A program made the position numbers and the translations under genes. Shown here in pieces: positions 27,205 to 35,775 of a stretch of DNA of 64,000 nt (position 1 is its first letter; each line of letters begins with the position of its first letter). The DNA comes from Anaerolineales bacterium (GTDB lineage Bacteria > Chloroflexota > Anaerolineae > Anaerolineales > E44-bin32), in assembly GCA_041821665.1 (NCBI GenBank), contig JBGUDT010000006.1, positions 6,249-70,248 of the forward strand, given 5' to 3'. The notes beneath the pieces were generated by a model. It worked only from the letters and a program-made list of their open reading frames with translations, did no database searches and was not told the origin of the DNA.

Positions 27205-28173
27205 ATGGATCTCGTCATAATCCTCCACGCAGGTGTCGCTTCTGGAACTGTCCTTCTCTTCGCGACGATTGGAGAAATCTTCGCTGAACGCTCAGGCATC
27301 CTCAATCTAGGCGTCGAAGGTATGATGCTCATCGGGGCCATGAGTGGATTCAGCACCGCCCTGGCGACCGGTGATCCATGGCTCGGGGTACTCGCGGCTG
27401 TAATCGCCGCCGGACTCCTGAGCCAGGTCCATGCCTTCATCTGTATCACACTTCATGGAGATCAGGTCGTCAGCGGGCTTGCGCTCACTTTCCTCGGCAC
27501 AGGACTGAGCCTGGTCTTCGGAGAAGGATTGAGCAAGGCGGGCGCGGTTTCGCTGCTTCCGAGATTGTCGATCCCGTTCTTGTCGAGTATTCCCATCCTT
27601 GGTCCGATCCTTTTCCTGGATCAGAGCATCATGGTCTACGCGGGTTACTTGCTGGTCCCTTTGGCTGGATACTATATCTATCGCACACGACCGGGGATGC
27701 ATTTGCGAGCGGTTGGAGAATTCCCGGCCGCTGCTGATGCGCTCGGGATCAATGTATATGCGCTGCGCTACTTCTATGTGTTGATAGGGGGCATGCTGGC
27801 TGGCGTAGCGGGGGCTACGATTAGCCTAGCGGTGTCTCCGGGATGGTTCAGTCACCTCACAACCTCGGGTCAGGGATGGGTTGCGATCGGGCTTGTGATC
27901 TTTGCGCAATGGGATCCGCTCCGTGCTGCCCTGGGTGCTTACTCTTTTGGCGCACTGCGCCGGTTGATCCTCGATATCCAGGGACCCAGGTTTTTGTTCG
28001 GGCTGAAAAACCCTTTCTTCTTCAATCCATATTATGGCTTTTTCCTGCAAATGCTCCCGTATGCGTTCACGATCGTAGTCCTCGTGATCGGATCTCGGGA
28101 GGCGATTCGCAAGCGGATTGGCGCACCTGCGTCGCTGGGGCTGCCATACATCCGTGGTGAGCGAGGCGCTTGA
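27205..28173 (+). CDS. ABC transporter permease (BMP/nucleoside system)
   Basis: 322 aa, polytopic. Contains ERSGILNLGVEGMMLIGA. It starts 2 nt after the previous permease gene. Confidence 0.85.
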   Translation: MDLVIILHAGVASGTVLLFATIGEIFAERSGILNLGVEGMMLIGAMSGFSTALATGDPWLGVLAAVIAAGLLSQVHAFICITLHGDQVVSGLALTFLGTGLSLVFGEGLSKAGAVSLLPRLSIPFLSSIPILGPILFLDQSIMVYAGYLLVPLAGYYIYRTRPGMHLRAVGEFPAAADALGINVYALRYFYVLIGGMLAGVAGATISLAVSPGWFSHLTTSGQGWVAIGLVIFAQWDPLRAALGAYSFGALRRLILDIQGPRFLFGLKNPFFFNPYYGFFLQMLPYAFTIVVLVIGSREAIRKRIGAPASLGLPYIRGERGA

Positions 28174-29447
28174 TGAAGGAAAAATTTACTGGATATCAGT
28201 GTTCCGTTTGCCAAGAAACATATGAACCGGGAGAGGTCGTGTATACGTGTCCCTCCGATGGGGGGAACCTGGATGTCGTGCTTGATTATGATGCGATCTG
28301 GAATACGCTTTCTCCGGAACGAATCGCTGATACCGATGATACTTCTATCTGGCGTTACCTACCGCTTCTCCCCGTCCATGACCCCGGGCATCAGGGCTCA
28401 CCGCTGCGAGACGTGGGGTGGACACCGCTCTACAAACCTGACAGGCTTGCCAAAAAATTGGGAATGAAGGACTTTTGGTTGAAGGATGATGGACGCAATC
28501 CAACCGCATCGTTTAAGGATCGTGCCAGCGCAGTTGTGATCGCAAGGGCGGAGCAGATCAAGGCTGATGTAGTCGTCACTGCCTCAACGGGAAATGCGGG
28601 TGCTGCATTAGCTGGAATGGCAGCGGCGGCAGGGGTTCCAGCCGTAATTCTTGCACCGAAGAGCGCTCCGAAAGCCAAAGTCGCTCAGCTCTTAATCTTT
28701 GGTGCGAGCGTATTCCTCGTGGATGGCACCTACGACGATGCCTTCGACCTGACGATTGAAGCCGCGGATGCTTTTGGTTGGTATTGCCGCAACACAGGCT
28801 ATAACCCTTTCACGGCAGAGGGGAAAAAGACAGCTGCATTCGAGATATGTGAACAATTGTCCAGCGCAATTAGCGCAATCGATAGCCCCACTGGTCAATG
28901 GTTATCTCCAGATGCCCTCTTCGTGTCGGTGGGGGATGGCAATATTATTTCTGGCCTGCACAAGGGTTTCAAAGATCTGCATCGACTTGGGTGGATCCCG
29001 GGTGTTCCAAGGCTTTATGGGATCCAGTCTACGGGATCGGCGGCAATCACGAATGCATACTCGACGGGCACGGAGGAAATCAAACCGGTCAGAGCCGATA
29101 CACTGGCCGATAGCATCGCGGTAGATCTGCCTCGAGATGGACTGCGCGCCTTGCGTGCCGCAACACAAACCGGAGGTGCATATCTTGCGGTTCCAGATGA
29201 ATCGATCTTGAACGCGATGCGAGATCTCGCCCGGGATGGAGGCGTTTTCGCTGAACCTGCGGGTGCGACTGCATATGCGGGTGTGATTGAAGCGGTGGAA
29301 CAGGGACTGGTTGCCCCGCAAGAACGAGTCGTAGTGATGAATACCGGCAGTGGACTTAAAGATATCGATGCGGCGATGGATGCTGCTGGGGTTGCTACAG
29401 TTATTGAGCCGAATCTGGGTGCGCTGCAAGCCGCGATAGGTAATTGA
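28170..29447 (+). CDS. Threonine-synthase-family PLP enzyme (fold type II) with N-terminal Cys-rich ribbon
   Basis: 425 aa. N-terminal YQCSVCQETYEPGEVVYTCPSDGG, PLP-lysine motif NPTASFKDRAS, and TASTGNAGAALA. There is a 4-nt overlap (ATGA) with the permease stop. Confidence 0.75.
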   Translation: MMKEKFTGYQCSVCQETYEPGEVVYTCPSDGGNLDVVLDYDAIWNTLSPERIADTDDTSIWRYLPLLPVHDPGHQGSPLRDVGWTPLYKPDRLAKKLGMKDFWLKDDGRNPTASFKDRASAVVIARAEQIKADVVVTASTGNAGAALAGMAAAAGVPAVILAPKSAPKAKVAQLLIFGASVFLVDGTYDDAFDLTIEAADAFGWYCRNTGYNPFTAEGKKTAAFEICEQLSSAISAIDSPTGQWLSPDALFVSVGDGNIISGLHKGFKDLHRLGWIPGVPRLYGIQSTGSAAITNAYSTGTEEIKPVRADTLADSIAVDLPRDGLRALRAATQTGGAYLAVPDESILNAMRDLARDGGVFAEPAGATAYAGVIEAVEQGLVAPQERVVVMNTGSGLKDIDAAMDAAGVATVIEPNLGALQAAIGN

Positions 29448-29468
29448 CCACAGGAAGCGAGGCACGAG

Positions 29469-30407
29469 ATGCATAGTAAAGCTTCTCCAGTCTTATCGGT
29501 GATCGGCCCAGTTTATAACGAGGCAGAGATCCTCCCGTCGTTCTTTACCCGCATTCGAGATGTCATGGAGAAAATCGGGGAGCCATGGGAGCTCATCCTT
29601 GTCGATGACGGCAGTGGAGATGGATCTACCGAGATCATAAAGGATCTGGCCAGAGAGGATCCTCACGTTCGCCCGGTGGTGTTTTCGCGGAATTTCGGCC
29701 ATCAGGTTGCACTTACCGCAGGCCTGGATTACAGCCGTGGACAGGCCGTGGTGGTGATCGACACCGATTTGCAGGATCCGCCCGAGGCAATTCCCGACCT
29801 CATTGTGAAATGGCGCGAGGGGTTCGAAGTCGTTTATGCCGTGCGAGCAGAGCGTGAGGGTGAAACATTATTCAAGAAAGCCACTGCATCTTTCTTTTAC
29901 CGATTCATCAACCGGATTACGGATGTGGACATCCCCCTGGACACCGGAGATTTTCGACTGATGGACCGGAAGGTTGTGGATGTCTTGAACACGATGCGAG
30001 AAAAGCACAGGTTCCCGCGGGCGATGGCTTCTTGGGTGGGCTTCAAACAAATCGGTGTGGAATACAAGCGGGACGCACGGACGGCTGGGGAGACGAAATA
30101 TCCATTTCGTAAGATGTTTCGCCTGGCGCTCAACGCTATCACAAGCTTCTCCTATTTCCCGCTCCAGCTTGCAACCTATTTTGGGTTCATTTGCGCGGGG
30201 GTGAGCGCCCTGGCAATTGTGGTAGTCATTGTGATGCGTCTCATAGGAAATCAAGCCTTCTTCGGTCAAGCCACCACTTTGATTGCGGTGCTGTTCCTTG
30301 GGGGTGTTCAGCTCATATCATTGGGCATCATGGGTGAGTACGTCGGACGGTTATATGACGAAGCGAAAGGACGTCCACTTTACATCGTGCGTGAGGATCC
30401 CGAGTAA
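29469..30407 (+). CDS. Family 2 glycosyltransferase, polyprenyl-phosphate glycosyltransferase type (ArnC/GtrB-like)
   Basis: LSVIGPVYNEAE, ILVDDGSGDGS, VVIDTDLQDPPE, GDFRLMDRKV, and two C-terminal TM helices. Confidence 0.85.
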   Translation: MHSKASPVLSVIGPVYNEAEILPSFFTRIRDVMEKIGEPWELILVDDGSGDGSTEIIKDLAREDPHVRPVVFSRNFGHQVALTAGLDYSRGQAVVVIDTDLQDPPEAIPDLIVKWREGFEVVYAVRAEREGETLFKKATASFFYRFINRITDVDIPLDTGDFRLMDRKVVDVLNTMREKHRFPRAMASWVGFKQIGVEYKRDARTAGETKYPFRKMFRLALNAITSFSYFPLQLATYFGFICAGVSALAIVVVIVMRLIGNQAFFGQATTLIAVLFLGGVQLISLGIMGEYVGRLYDEAKGRPLYIVREDPE

Positions 30408-30449
30408 GGTGGGAACAATAAAAATCAACGCGAGGAGCATATTTTTATA

Positions 30450-31910
30450 ATGATAGATCTACAAGTAATGGAAGAGCGGTTGGAGCGAGTAGTAGAGCGA
30501 GCTCGTGAGAGGGATATCATTATTCCGACGGTCGCTCAAATGAAGGACCCCTCCCTGGTCCCGGATAAGATCAAGGAGGAGTTGGGCGGTTTGGGGCTTT
30601 GGGACATTACACCCAGAAATCTTTTCCGGATTACGTGGAAGAACGAACCAGTCGCATCCGGGGGTGGTTTTGGTGGTGTCAATTACATCGAATTCCCACC
30701 GGCGCTCACTGGCGTGAATGCTAGAATTATCGCACTGGTCGGCAAATGGTTCCCTACAGGCTCTCACAAGGTGGGCGCTGCGTTTGGCTGTCTTGTACCT
30801 CCATTGGTGACTGGACAGTTCGATCCAACCCTTCAGAAAGCAGTTTGGCCCTCAACTGGAAATTATTGTCGCGGTGGCGCCTATGATTCCTCGTTGTTGG
30901 CATGTGATTCGATCGCCATTCTTCCGGAAGGCATGAGCAAGGAGCGTTTCGATTGGCTGGCAAGCGTGGCTGGAGAAACGATCAAGACTCCAGGCAGCGA
31001 ATCCAACGTCAAGGAAATATTTGATAAGTGCTGGGAGCTGCGAGAATCGGGCGAAGATCTGATGATCTTCAACCAATTTGATGAGTTCGGTAACTATCTA
31101 TGGCATTATGAGCTGACGGGTCATGCCATGGAGGAGGTCCTTAAGGCGGAGATGGGTCCAGATGACCGCTATCGCGGTGTGGCGCTGACGACGGGCTCGG
31201 CCGGGACGATCGGCTGTGGTGACTATCTCAAACAGCTATTCCCTGACAGCAAGATTGCTGCAGGAGAGGCGGTACAGTGCCCCACGCTTCTGGAAAACGG
31301 ATTTGGCGCCCACCGCATCGAGGGGATCGGGGATAAGCACGTTCCGTGGATTCACAACATGAAAAACACCGACATGATCATCGCGCTCGATGACAATGTG
31401 ATTGTGAATGTGGCTCGTTTGTTTAACGAACCAGCGGGAAAAGCCCATCTTGTGAATGAGGGTGTTCCCGAATCGCTCGTGAACCAATTGGATCTGCTCG
31501 GTTTCTCGAGCATTGCCAATCTTTCCATGGCGATTAAATTTTCAAAGTACTATGAGTTAGGGGAAAACGATGTCGTGTTAACCGTTTTCACCGATTCAAT
31601 GGAACTCTACCAGAGTCGGTTGAAGGAGATGCATGAAGAACACGGCAAGTACTCTGAAGCGGACGCATCAGCAGATTATGCTCGCTATATTCAGGGTCTC
31701 TCAACGGACGATTTGCTCGAATTGCGCTATACAGATCGTCGCCGGGTACACAACCTGAAGTACTTCACTTGGGTGGAACAACAAGGCAAGACCTTCGAAG
31801 AGATTAATACGCTATGGTATGAAGATGATTTCTGGACCAACATCCAGGGTCAGGTAGGTGAGATCGATCAACTCATCGAAACCTTTAATGAGAAGGTGGG
31901 TCTGTTGTAA
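30450..31910 (+). CDS. Fold-type-II PLP-dependent enzyme (Trp-synthase-beta/cysteine-synthase-like), long 486-aa form, specificity unknown
   Basis: Candidate PLP-lysine in KWFPTGSHKVGAAFG, an STGN loop (WPSTGNYCRGGAY) and a G-rich loop (TTGSAGTIGCGDY). A ~130-aa C-terminal extension has no recognisable family. Confidence 0.6.
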   Translation: MIDLQVMEERLERVVERARERDIIIPTVAQMKDPSLVPDKIKEELGGLGLWDITPRNLFRITWKNEPVASGGGFGGVNYIEFPPALTGVNARIIALVGKWFPTGSHKVGAAFGCLVPPLVTGQFDPTLQKAVWPSTGNYCRGGAYDSSLLACDSIAILPEGMSKERFDWLASVAGETIKTPGSESNVKEIFDKCWELRESGEDLMIFNQFDEFGNYLWHYELTGHAMEEVLKAEMGPDDRYRGVALTTGSAGTIGCGDYLKQLFPDSKIAAGEAVQCPTLLENGFGAHRIEGIGDKHVPWIHNMKNTDMIIALDDNVIVNVARLFNEPAGKAHLVNEGVPESLVNQLDLLGFSSIANLSMAIKFSKYYELGENDVVLTVFTDSMELYQSRLKEMHEEHGKYSEADASADYARYIQGLSTDDLLELRYTDRRRVHNLKYFTWVEQQGKTFEEINTLWYEDDFWTNIQGQVGEIDQLIETFNEKVGLL

Positions 31911-32028
31911 GCGCCGTCCAAGTAATCTCAGAAACATGCATGGCGGATTGCCTATCCATAAGATACGCAGTCCGCTTTGTCTGTATGCTAGAATGAAATC
32001 GAGTCCAAAGGATCGACAAGGGGGACAC

Positions 32029-32550
32029 ATGAGGGTAATTCTTCCAGATGATCTTATTCTCATTGCCATATTGAAGGAACCACGCGATCTTGAGATTGCG
32101 AGGGTGCTGGGCTGGTATCGGATTCCACTCGCTTCGGCCCCCAAGACAGTTCGGGTTGACTGGCTTGCTTTCTACCTTCCGTCGACGTTCGGCGAGTTGA
32201 AATGGTCTATCCGTTTTCTGGCGCCAGTTAAAGGGTATGAACTTCTCACCCGGATTGAATTGCTCAGAGAAGATGTGAATCATCCGCGTAAAGACGATCC
32301 CTATTTCAAGCTGCAGCTTGGTCCACTCATGGAGCTCCAAGAACCGATCACCACAGAACGCTGGCGGCGGTTCACTTTTCTGTACACGACGGGGGAACGA
32401 ATGCTAATGGCAAAGGAAATCAAAGACTTGCGGGTGCCACCATCAAACACCCGCGATCGGCTTTGGAAGATTTTGCGTGAGCGGGGCGATCTAGTTGAGA
32501 GCTCCAATCTTGAGGACACGGATCAGACGGTGGATGACCTGATAAATTAA
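32029..32550 (+). CDS. Hypothetical protein (173 aa), no recognised family
   Basis: ATG32029 follows AAGGGGGA. The sequence begins MRVILPDDLILIAILKEPRDLEIARVLGWYRIPL...VDWLAFYLPSTFGE. The ORF-track start at 31858 would overlap the preceding gene. Confidence 0.5.
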   Translation: MRVILPDDLILIAILKEPRDLEIARVLGWYRIPLASAPKTVRVDWLAFYLPSTFGELKWSIRFLAPVKGYELLTRIELLREDVNHPRKDDPYFKLQLGPLMELQEPITTERWRRFTFLYTTGERMLMAKEIKDLRVPPSNTRDRLWKILRERGDLVESSNLEDTDQTVDDLIN

Positions 32551-32658
32551 CAGAGGCTGATCCCAGCAGTTTCCATCGAAAAGACCACGGTCTATAATCC
32601 CTGAAATCGTCGAATTCTTAAGATACACTCAATTCACCGGTATAGTGGAGGATGCTCC

Positions 32659-34080
32659 ATGCCACATAAGCTAATTCATTCGGGTACGATCATTACAGCG
32701 AGCGAAATTATCAGGGCTGATCTCCTTATTGAAGATGAAAAAATTGTAGCCATAGGATCGGACATTCCACCTGACGTTCACGAGTCGATTGATGCTGAGG
32801 GGAAATTCATCCTACCCGGAGGTGTTGATCCGCATACTCATTTGGATTTACCGATGTTTGATACGGTTTCTTCAGATGATCACTATACCGGTCATAAAGC
32901 CGCCGCTTTCGGCGGTACCACCACGGTCATAGACTTCGTTCCACAGGACTATGCCTCCCTCAAACAGGCGGTGGATGCATGGCATGAGAAAGCGGATGGA
33001 AAAGCCGCCATTGACTTTGGTTTTCACATGAACATCACACAATTGGATGATGAAATTGAAACCCAAATTCCAGATTTGATCTCCGAGGGGATCACCACCT
33101 TGAAGGTGTTTACGGCTTATAACGGTCGTCTGAGATTGCAGGATGGGGAAATCTTCCGTGTGATGCGCGTTGGGGCGGAGCACGGCATGCTCACGATGCT
33201 GCATGCCGAGAATGGTGATGTCATAGACGTTCTCACGAAGGAGGCATTGGCGGCTGGTCACACCGAGCCTGAATGGCATGCGCAAACTCGGCCCGCGTGG
33301 GGCGCAGTCGAGTCCGTCTTGCGCGGGATCGCTTTAGCGCAGCAAGCCGGCGCGCCTCTTTATGTGGTTCACCTGAACACCGCTGGGGGTTTGGAGCAAA
33401 TCCAGTACGGTCGGGCGCATGGGGTGGCTGTCATGGCGGAGACATGCCCGCAGTATTTGTTTTTCACAGAAGAACACTTAAGGAGCCCAGATGGCGCCAA
33501 GTGGATATGCTCCCCTCCGTTGCGGGGGGAAGATGACAATATAGCGTTATGGCGTGGAATTGCGGATGGCAGTATTCAGACTTTAGGTACGGATCATTGC
33601 CCCTTCTACTTTGATGGAACGACGCCGATCGAATATGAGGGGTCGCAGATCGCAATTCCCGGGAAGGAGCTAGGCGCTGATGATTTCACTAAAATTCCGA
33701 ATGGTCTTCCCGGTGTAGGTGATCGGATGCCCATCCTCTGGACGACGGGTGTAGGTGAAGGCCGGATTACGATGAATCAATTCGTCGAGCTAACGAGTAC
33801 GAACCCGGCGAAAATTTTCGGCCTATATCCGAAGAAAGGTGCGTTACTCCCGGGGTCGGATGCAGATATTGTTATCTGGGATCCCTCCCTGAAGGTCGAG
33901 TATGGTGTCGCGCACGCAAAACATCGGACGGATTACAACTTATATGAAGGTTGGGAGCTCATGGGGTTCCCAGAGAAAGTCTTTCTAAGAGGCGAGTTGA
34001 TCGTGGATGGGGGCCAATGGATGGGGAAACGTGGCCAGGGAAAGTTTATTATGCGCCGCCCCGGCGGGGAGATTTTGTAA
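32659..34080 (+). CDS. Dihydropyrimidinase / D-hydantoinase (cyclic amidohydrolase; HyuA/YgeZ-like)
   Basis: 473 aa. Contains PGGVDPHTHLDLPM, the carboxylated-Lys context GITTLKVFTAY, MLHAENGD and LGTDHCPF. Confidence 0.9.
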   Translation: MPHKLIHSGTIITASEIIRADLLIEDEKIVAIGSDIPPDVHESIDAEGKFILPGGVDPHTHLDLPMFDTVSSDDHYTGHKAAAFGGTTTVIDFVPQDYASLKQAVDAWHEKADGKAAIDFGFHMNITQLDDEIETQIPDLISEGITTLKVFTAYNGRLRLQDGEIFRVMRVGAEHGMLTMLHAENGDVIDVLTKEALAAGHTEPEWHAQTRPAWGAVESVLRGIALAQQAGAPLYVVHLNTAGGLEQIQYGRAHGVAVMAETCPQYLFFTEEHLRSPDGAKWICSPPLRGEDDNIALWRGIADGSIQTLGTDHCPFYFDGTTPIEYEGSQIAIPGKELGADDFTKIPNGLPGVGDRMPILWTTGVGEGRITMNQFVELTSTNPAKIFGLYPKKGALLPGSDADIVIWDPSLKVEYGVAHAKHRTDYNLYEGWELMGFPEKVFLRGELIVDGGQWMGKRGQGKFIMRRPGGEIL

Positions 34081-34120
34081 TCCGATATAGTTGAACCTAT
34101 TCTACATGTCTAAGATTATT

Positions 34121-34207
34121 CCGTAGGCGTGGACCCGTGTGTCTGCCCGAGGAGTATCCAGGATACTGGTTAGAGGGCCGCCACGAAGGGCGGCCCCCAC
34201 ACAAATG
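34121..34207 (+). repeat. ~87-nt direct repeat, copy 1
   Basis: ccgtaggcgtggacccgtgtgtctgcccgaggagtatccaggatactggttagagggccgccacgaagggcggcccccacacaaatg is nearly identical to 34417-34505. It contains the palindrome agtatccaggatact and the hairpin gggccgcc/ggcggccc. Confidence 0.85.
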
Positions 34208-34416
34208 TCATTTCGAACCTTCCAGAGGAAGGTGAGAAATCCCCCCTCAAGACTGGATAAGCAGATAGCTGGATTGGTAAAAGAACATCCCTCCTTCCCA
34301 GTAGAGGGTCGTTTGCGATGAAGGAGAAGGAGATTTCTCGTCGCTATCGCTCCTCGAAATGACATTAATCGAGGGAAAAAGGATCATTAGCTGTCCCCTA
34401 CAAACAATGGATCAAC

Positions 34417-34505
34417 CCGTAGGGGCGGACCCGTGTGTCTGCCCGATGAGTATCCAGAATACTGGTTAGAGGGCCGCCACGAAGGGCGGCCCCTACAAAC
34501 AATGG
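34417..34505 (+). repeat. ~87-nt direct repeat, copy 2
   Basis: ccgtaggggcggacccgtgtgtctgcccgatgagtatccagaatactggttagagggccgccacgaagggcggcccctacaaacaatgg. The 3' tag cccctacaaacaatgg also occurs just upstream at 34395-34410. Confidence 0.85.
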
Positions 34506-34585
34506 GGCAAGTAGAGACGCCCCGGCGGGACGTCTCTACCATCGTGACCTCCCAAAATGGCAAACAATAGACGGCCTGGTCGAAT

Positions 34586-34654
34586 GTGTCATTGCGCGGG
34601 AACCCGTAAGGACGACGTGAGTCCGGAGCGTAAGCGAAGGACCGCAATCTTCAC
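34586..34654 (+). repeat. Short hairpin-type repeat (cattgcg...cgcaat family), counterpart of 15447-15510
   Basis: Both copies start with gtgtcattgcg and end with agcgaaggaccgcaatct(c/t)cac. A related inverted copy lies at about 34327-34368 (rc: gtcatttcgaggagcgatagcgacgagaaatctc). Confidence 0.7.
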
Positions 34655-34695
34655 ATGGATGATCTTTGAACTGAGATGAGGTTGTTGAAAACGGA

Positions 34696-34727
34696 TGAAA
34701 AAAACCTACAGCAAAGTGCTGTAGGTT
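34696..34727 (-). terminator. Rho-independent terminator of the DUF937 gene
   Basis: On the minus strand, aacctacagc / gctgtaggtt forms a 10-bp stem with a 5-nt loop, followed by a U7-8 run (complement of gaaaaaaa at 34696-34703). It starts 28 nt after the stop codon. Confidence 0.8.
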
Positions 34728-34754
34728 CTTATTTGTATAATCAGCGAGAACCAC

Positions 34755-35342
34755 TTACTTCTTCATAAAACTCTGCAGTAGGTTAGCGCCGAGCGTCACC
34801 ATATCATCGGAGATGTCTCCGTCCCCGTCCATGTCCAGGAGAGAGCTAAGCTCTGGAGCGTTGCTCTTTGCGGTCTCCCGGTTTTGCTGCAGCATAGAGG
34901 AGACATCTGAGGCGTTCATATTTTTTTCCTGCTTCTGTTGTCCCATTACGCCAAGCACGACCGGCGCGAGCATGCTCATGAGCATCGCAACGTTTTTCGG
35001 ATCGATGCCTGTGGAGCGGCCAATGCTGCTCTCAATACCTTTTTCCTGCTGACCCAGTACGTGGCCGATAATTGCAGAACCATCATCCATCACCTCTTGG
35101 CGGGTGATGTTGCCAGACACATCCTGCAAGATGGTTCCATCGTGATCTCGTGCTAGGGCGTTCGTGAGCGATTCGGCGCCTTCATCGGTCGATGTATTTC
35201 GGCTGAGTGCACCGAGGAGAACTGGAAGCGCCAGGCCGATGGCCGCCTGGGTTGACTCATCTTCAACACCAAGTGCGCTACTCATCTGTGCGATGGTATT
35301 GCTGTCCAGTTGCCCAGCAATATTTTGTAGAAGGGGGTCCAT
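34755..35342 (-). CDS. DUF937 family protein with C-terminal EF-hand-like acidic loop
   Basis: 195 aa. MDPLLQNIAGQLDSNTIAQMSSALGVEDESTQAAIGLALPVLLGALSRNT is typical of DUF937. The C-terminus contains LDMDGDGDISDD. Confidence 0.75.
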   Translation of the reverse strand: MDPLLQNIAGQLDSNTIAQMSSALGVEDESTQAAIGLALPVLLGALSRNTSTDEGAESLTNALARDHDGTILQDVSGNITRQEVMDDGSAIIGHVLGQQEKGIESSIGRSTGIDPKNVAMLMSMLAPVVLGVMGQQKQEKNMNASDVSSMLQQNRETAKSNAPELSSLLDMDGDGDISDDMVTLGANLLQSFMKK

Positions 35343-35480
35343 GTTTATAAATCTCCTTTTTCCATTCGTAAGTATCTCGAGTCTATCGAGATATCGAGGT
35401 TGATGTCCTTATTCTAACCTGATTTCTTAGACGCAAAACCCGGCGTTACTCCTATCCGTTAGAAGCGCGCCATCGGAAAC

Positions 35481-35513
35481 AGTATCCCGGATACCCATAG
35501 TATCCGGGATACT
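35481..35513. repeat. Tandem 15-mer palindrome element forming a perfect 14-bp hairpin (second copy of the 5206-5238 element)
   Basis: agtatcccggatac (35481-94), ccata, then gtatccgggatact (35500-13). There is no adjacent T-run. It lies in the divergent region between the DUF937 and ABC-2 ATPase genes. Confidence 0.75.
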
Positions 35514-35636
35514 CTTGTATGTCCGGCATGGGCGTTGGCTGGATGGTGAGGGACCCTTACAGAGGTTGATCACACTAATTGTTCGAATACATACATCTTC
35601 CAAAATCGACGAATAAAAGCCCAGCTCCCAGAAAAA

Positions 35637-35663
35637 GGGAGAGAGGTTGGGGTGAGGGTAACC
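35637..35663 (+). repeat. Partial copy of the ggttggggtgagggt repeat family
   Basis: gggagagaggttggggtgagggtaacc has the same orientation as 37782-37824 and is inverted relative to 15698-15742. Confidence 0.7.
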
Positions 35664-35775
35664 TATATCAAATCCATGAGGAAGAAAGTAATCCTTGCGT
35701 TTTTATAATCCGAGTGACATGATTGCTTGGTATTTCCAATCTTGGGATCAAAGCGTGCAGGAAAACATCCATTCG

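Noticed and set aside
31858-32028. Upstream extension of the 230-aa ORF.
   Set aside because: It would overlap the 3' end of the PLP enzyme gene. It encodes a basic low-complexity peptide. A strong SD precedes the internal ATG32029.
34121-34505. Possible CRISPR-like array, suggested by the two direct repeats.
   Set aside because: There are only two copies. The repeat unit is about 87 nt, far longer than CRISPR repeats. The 'spacer' itself contains other repeat families, and no cas genes are present in the window.
34102-34754. ORFs of 60-87 aa on both strands downstream of the hydantoinase gene.
   Set aside because: They are entirely composed of the 87-nt direct repeats and hairpin repeats. 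Two of them are mirror translations of the same repeat.
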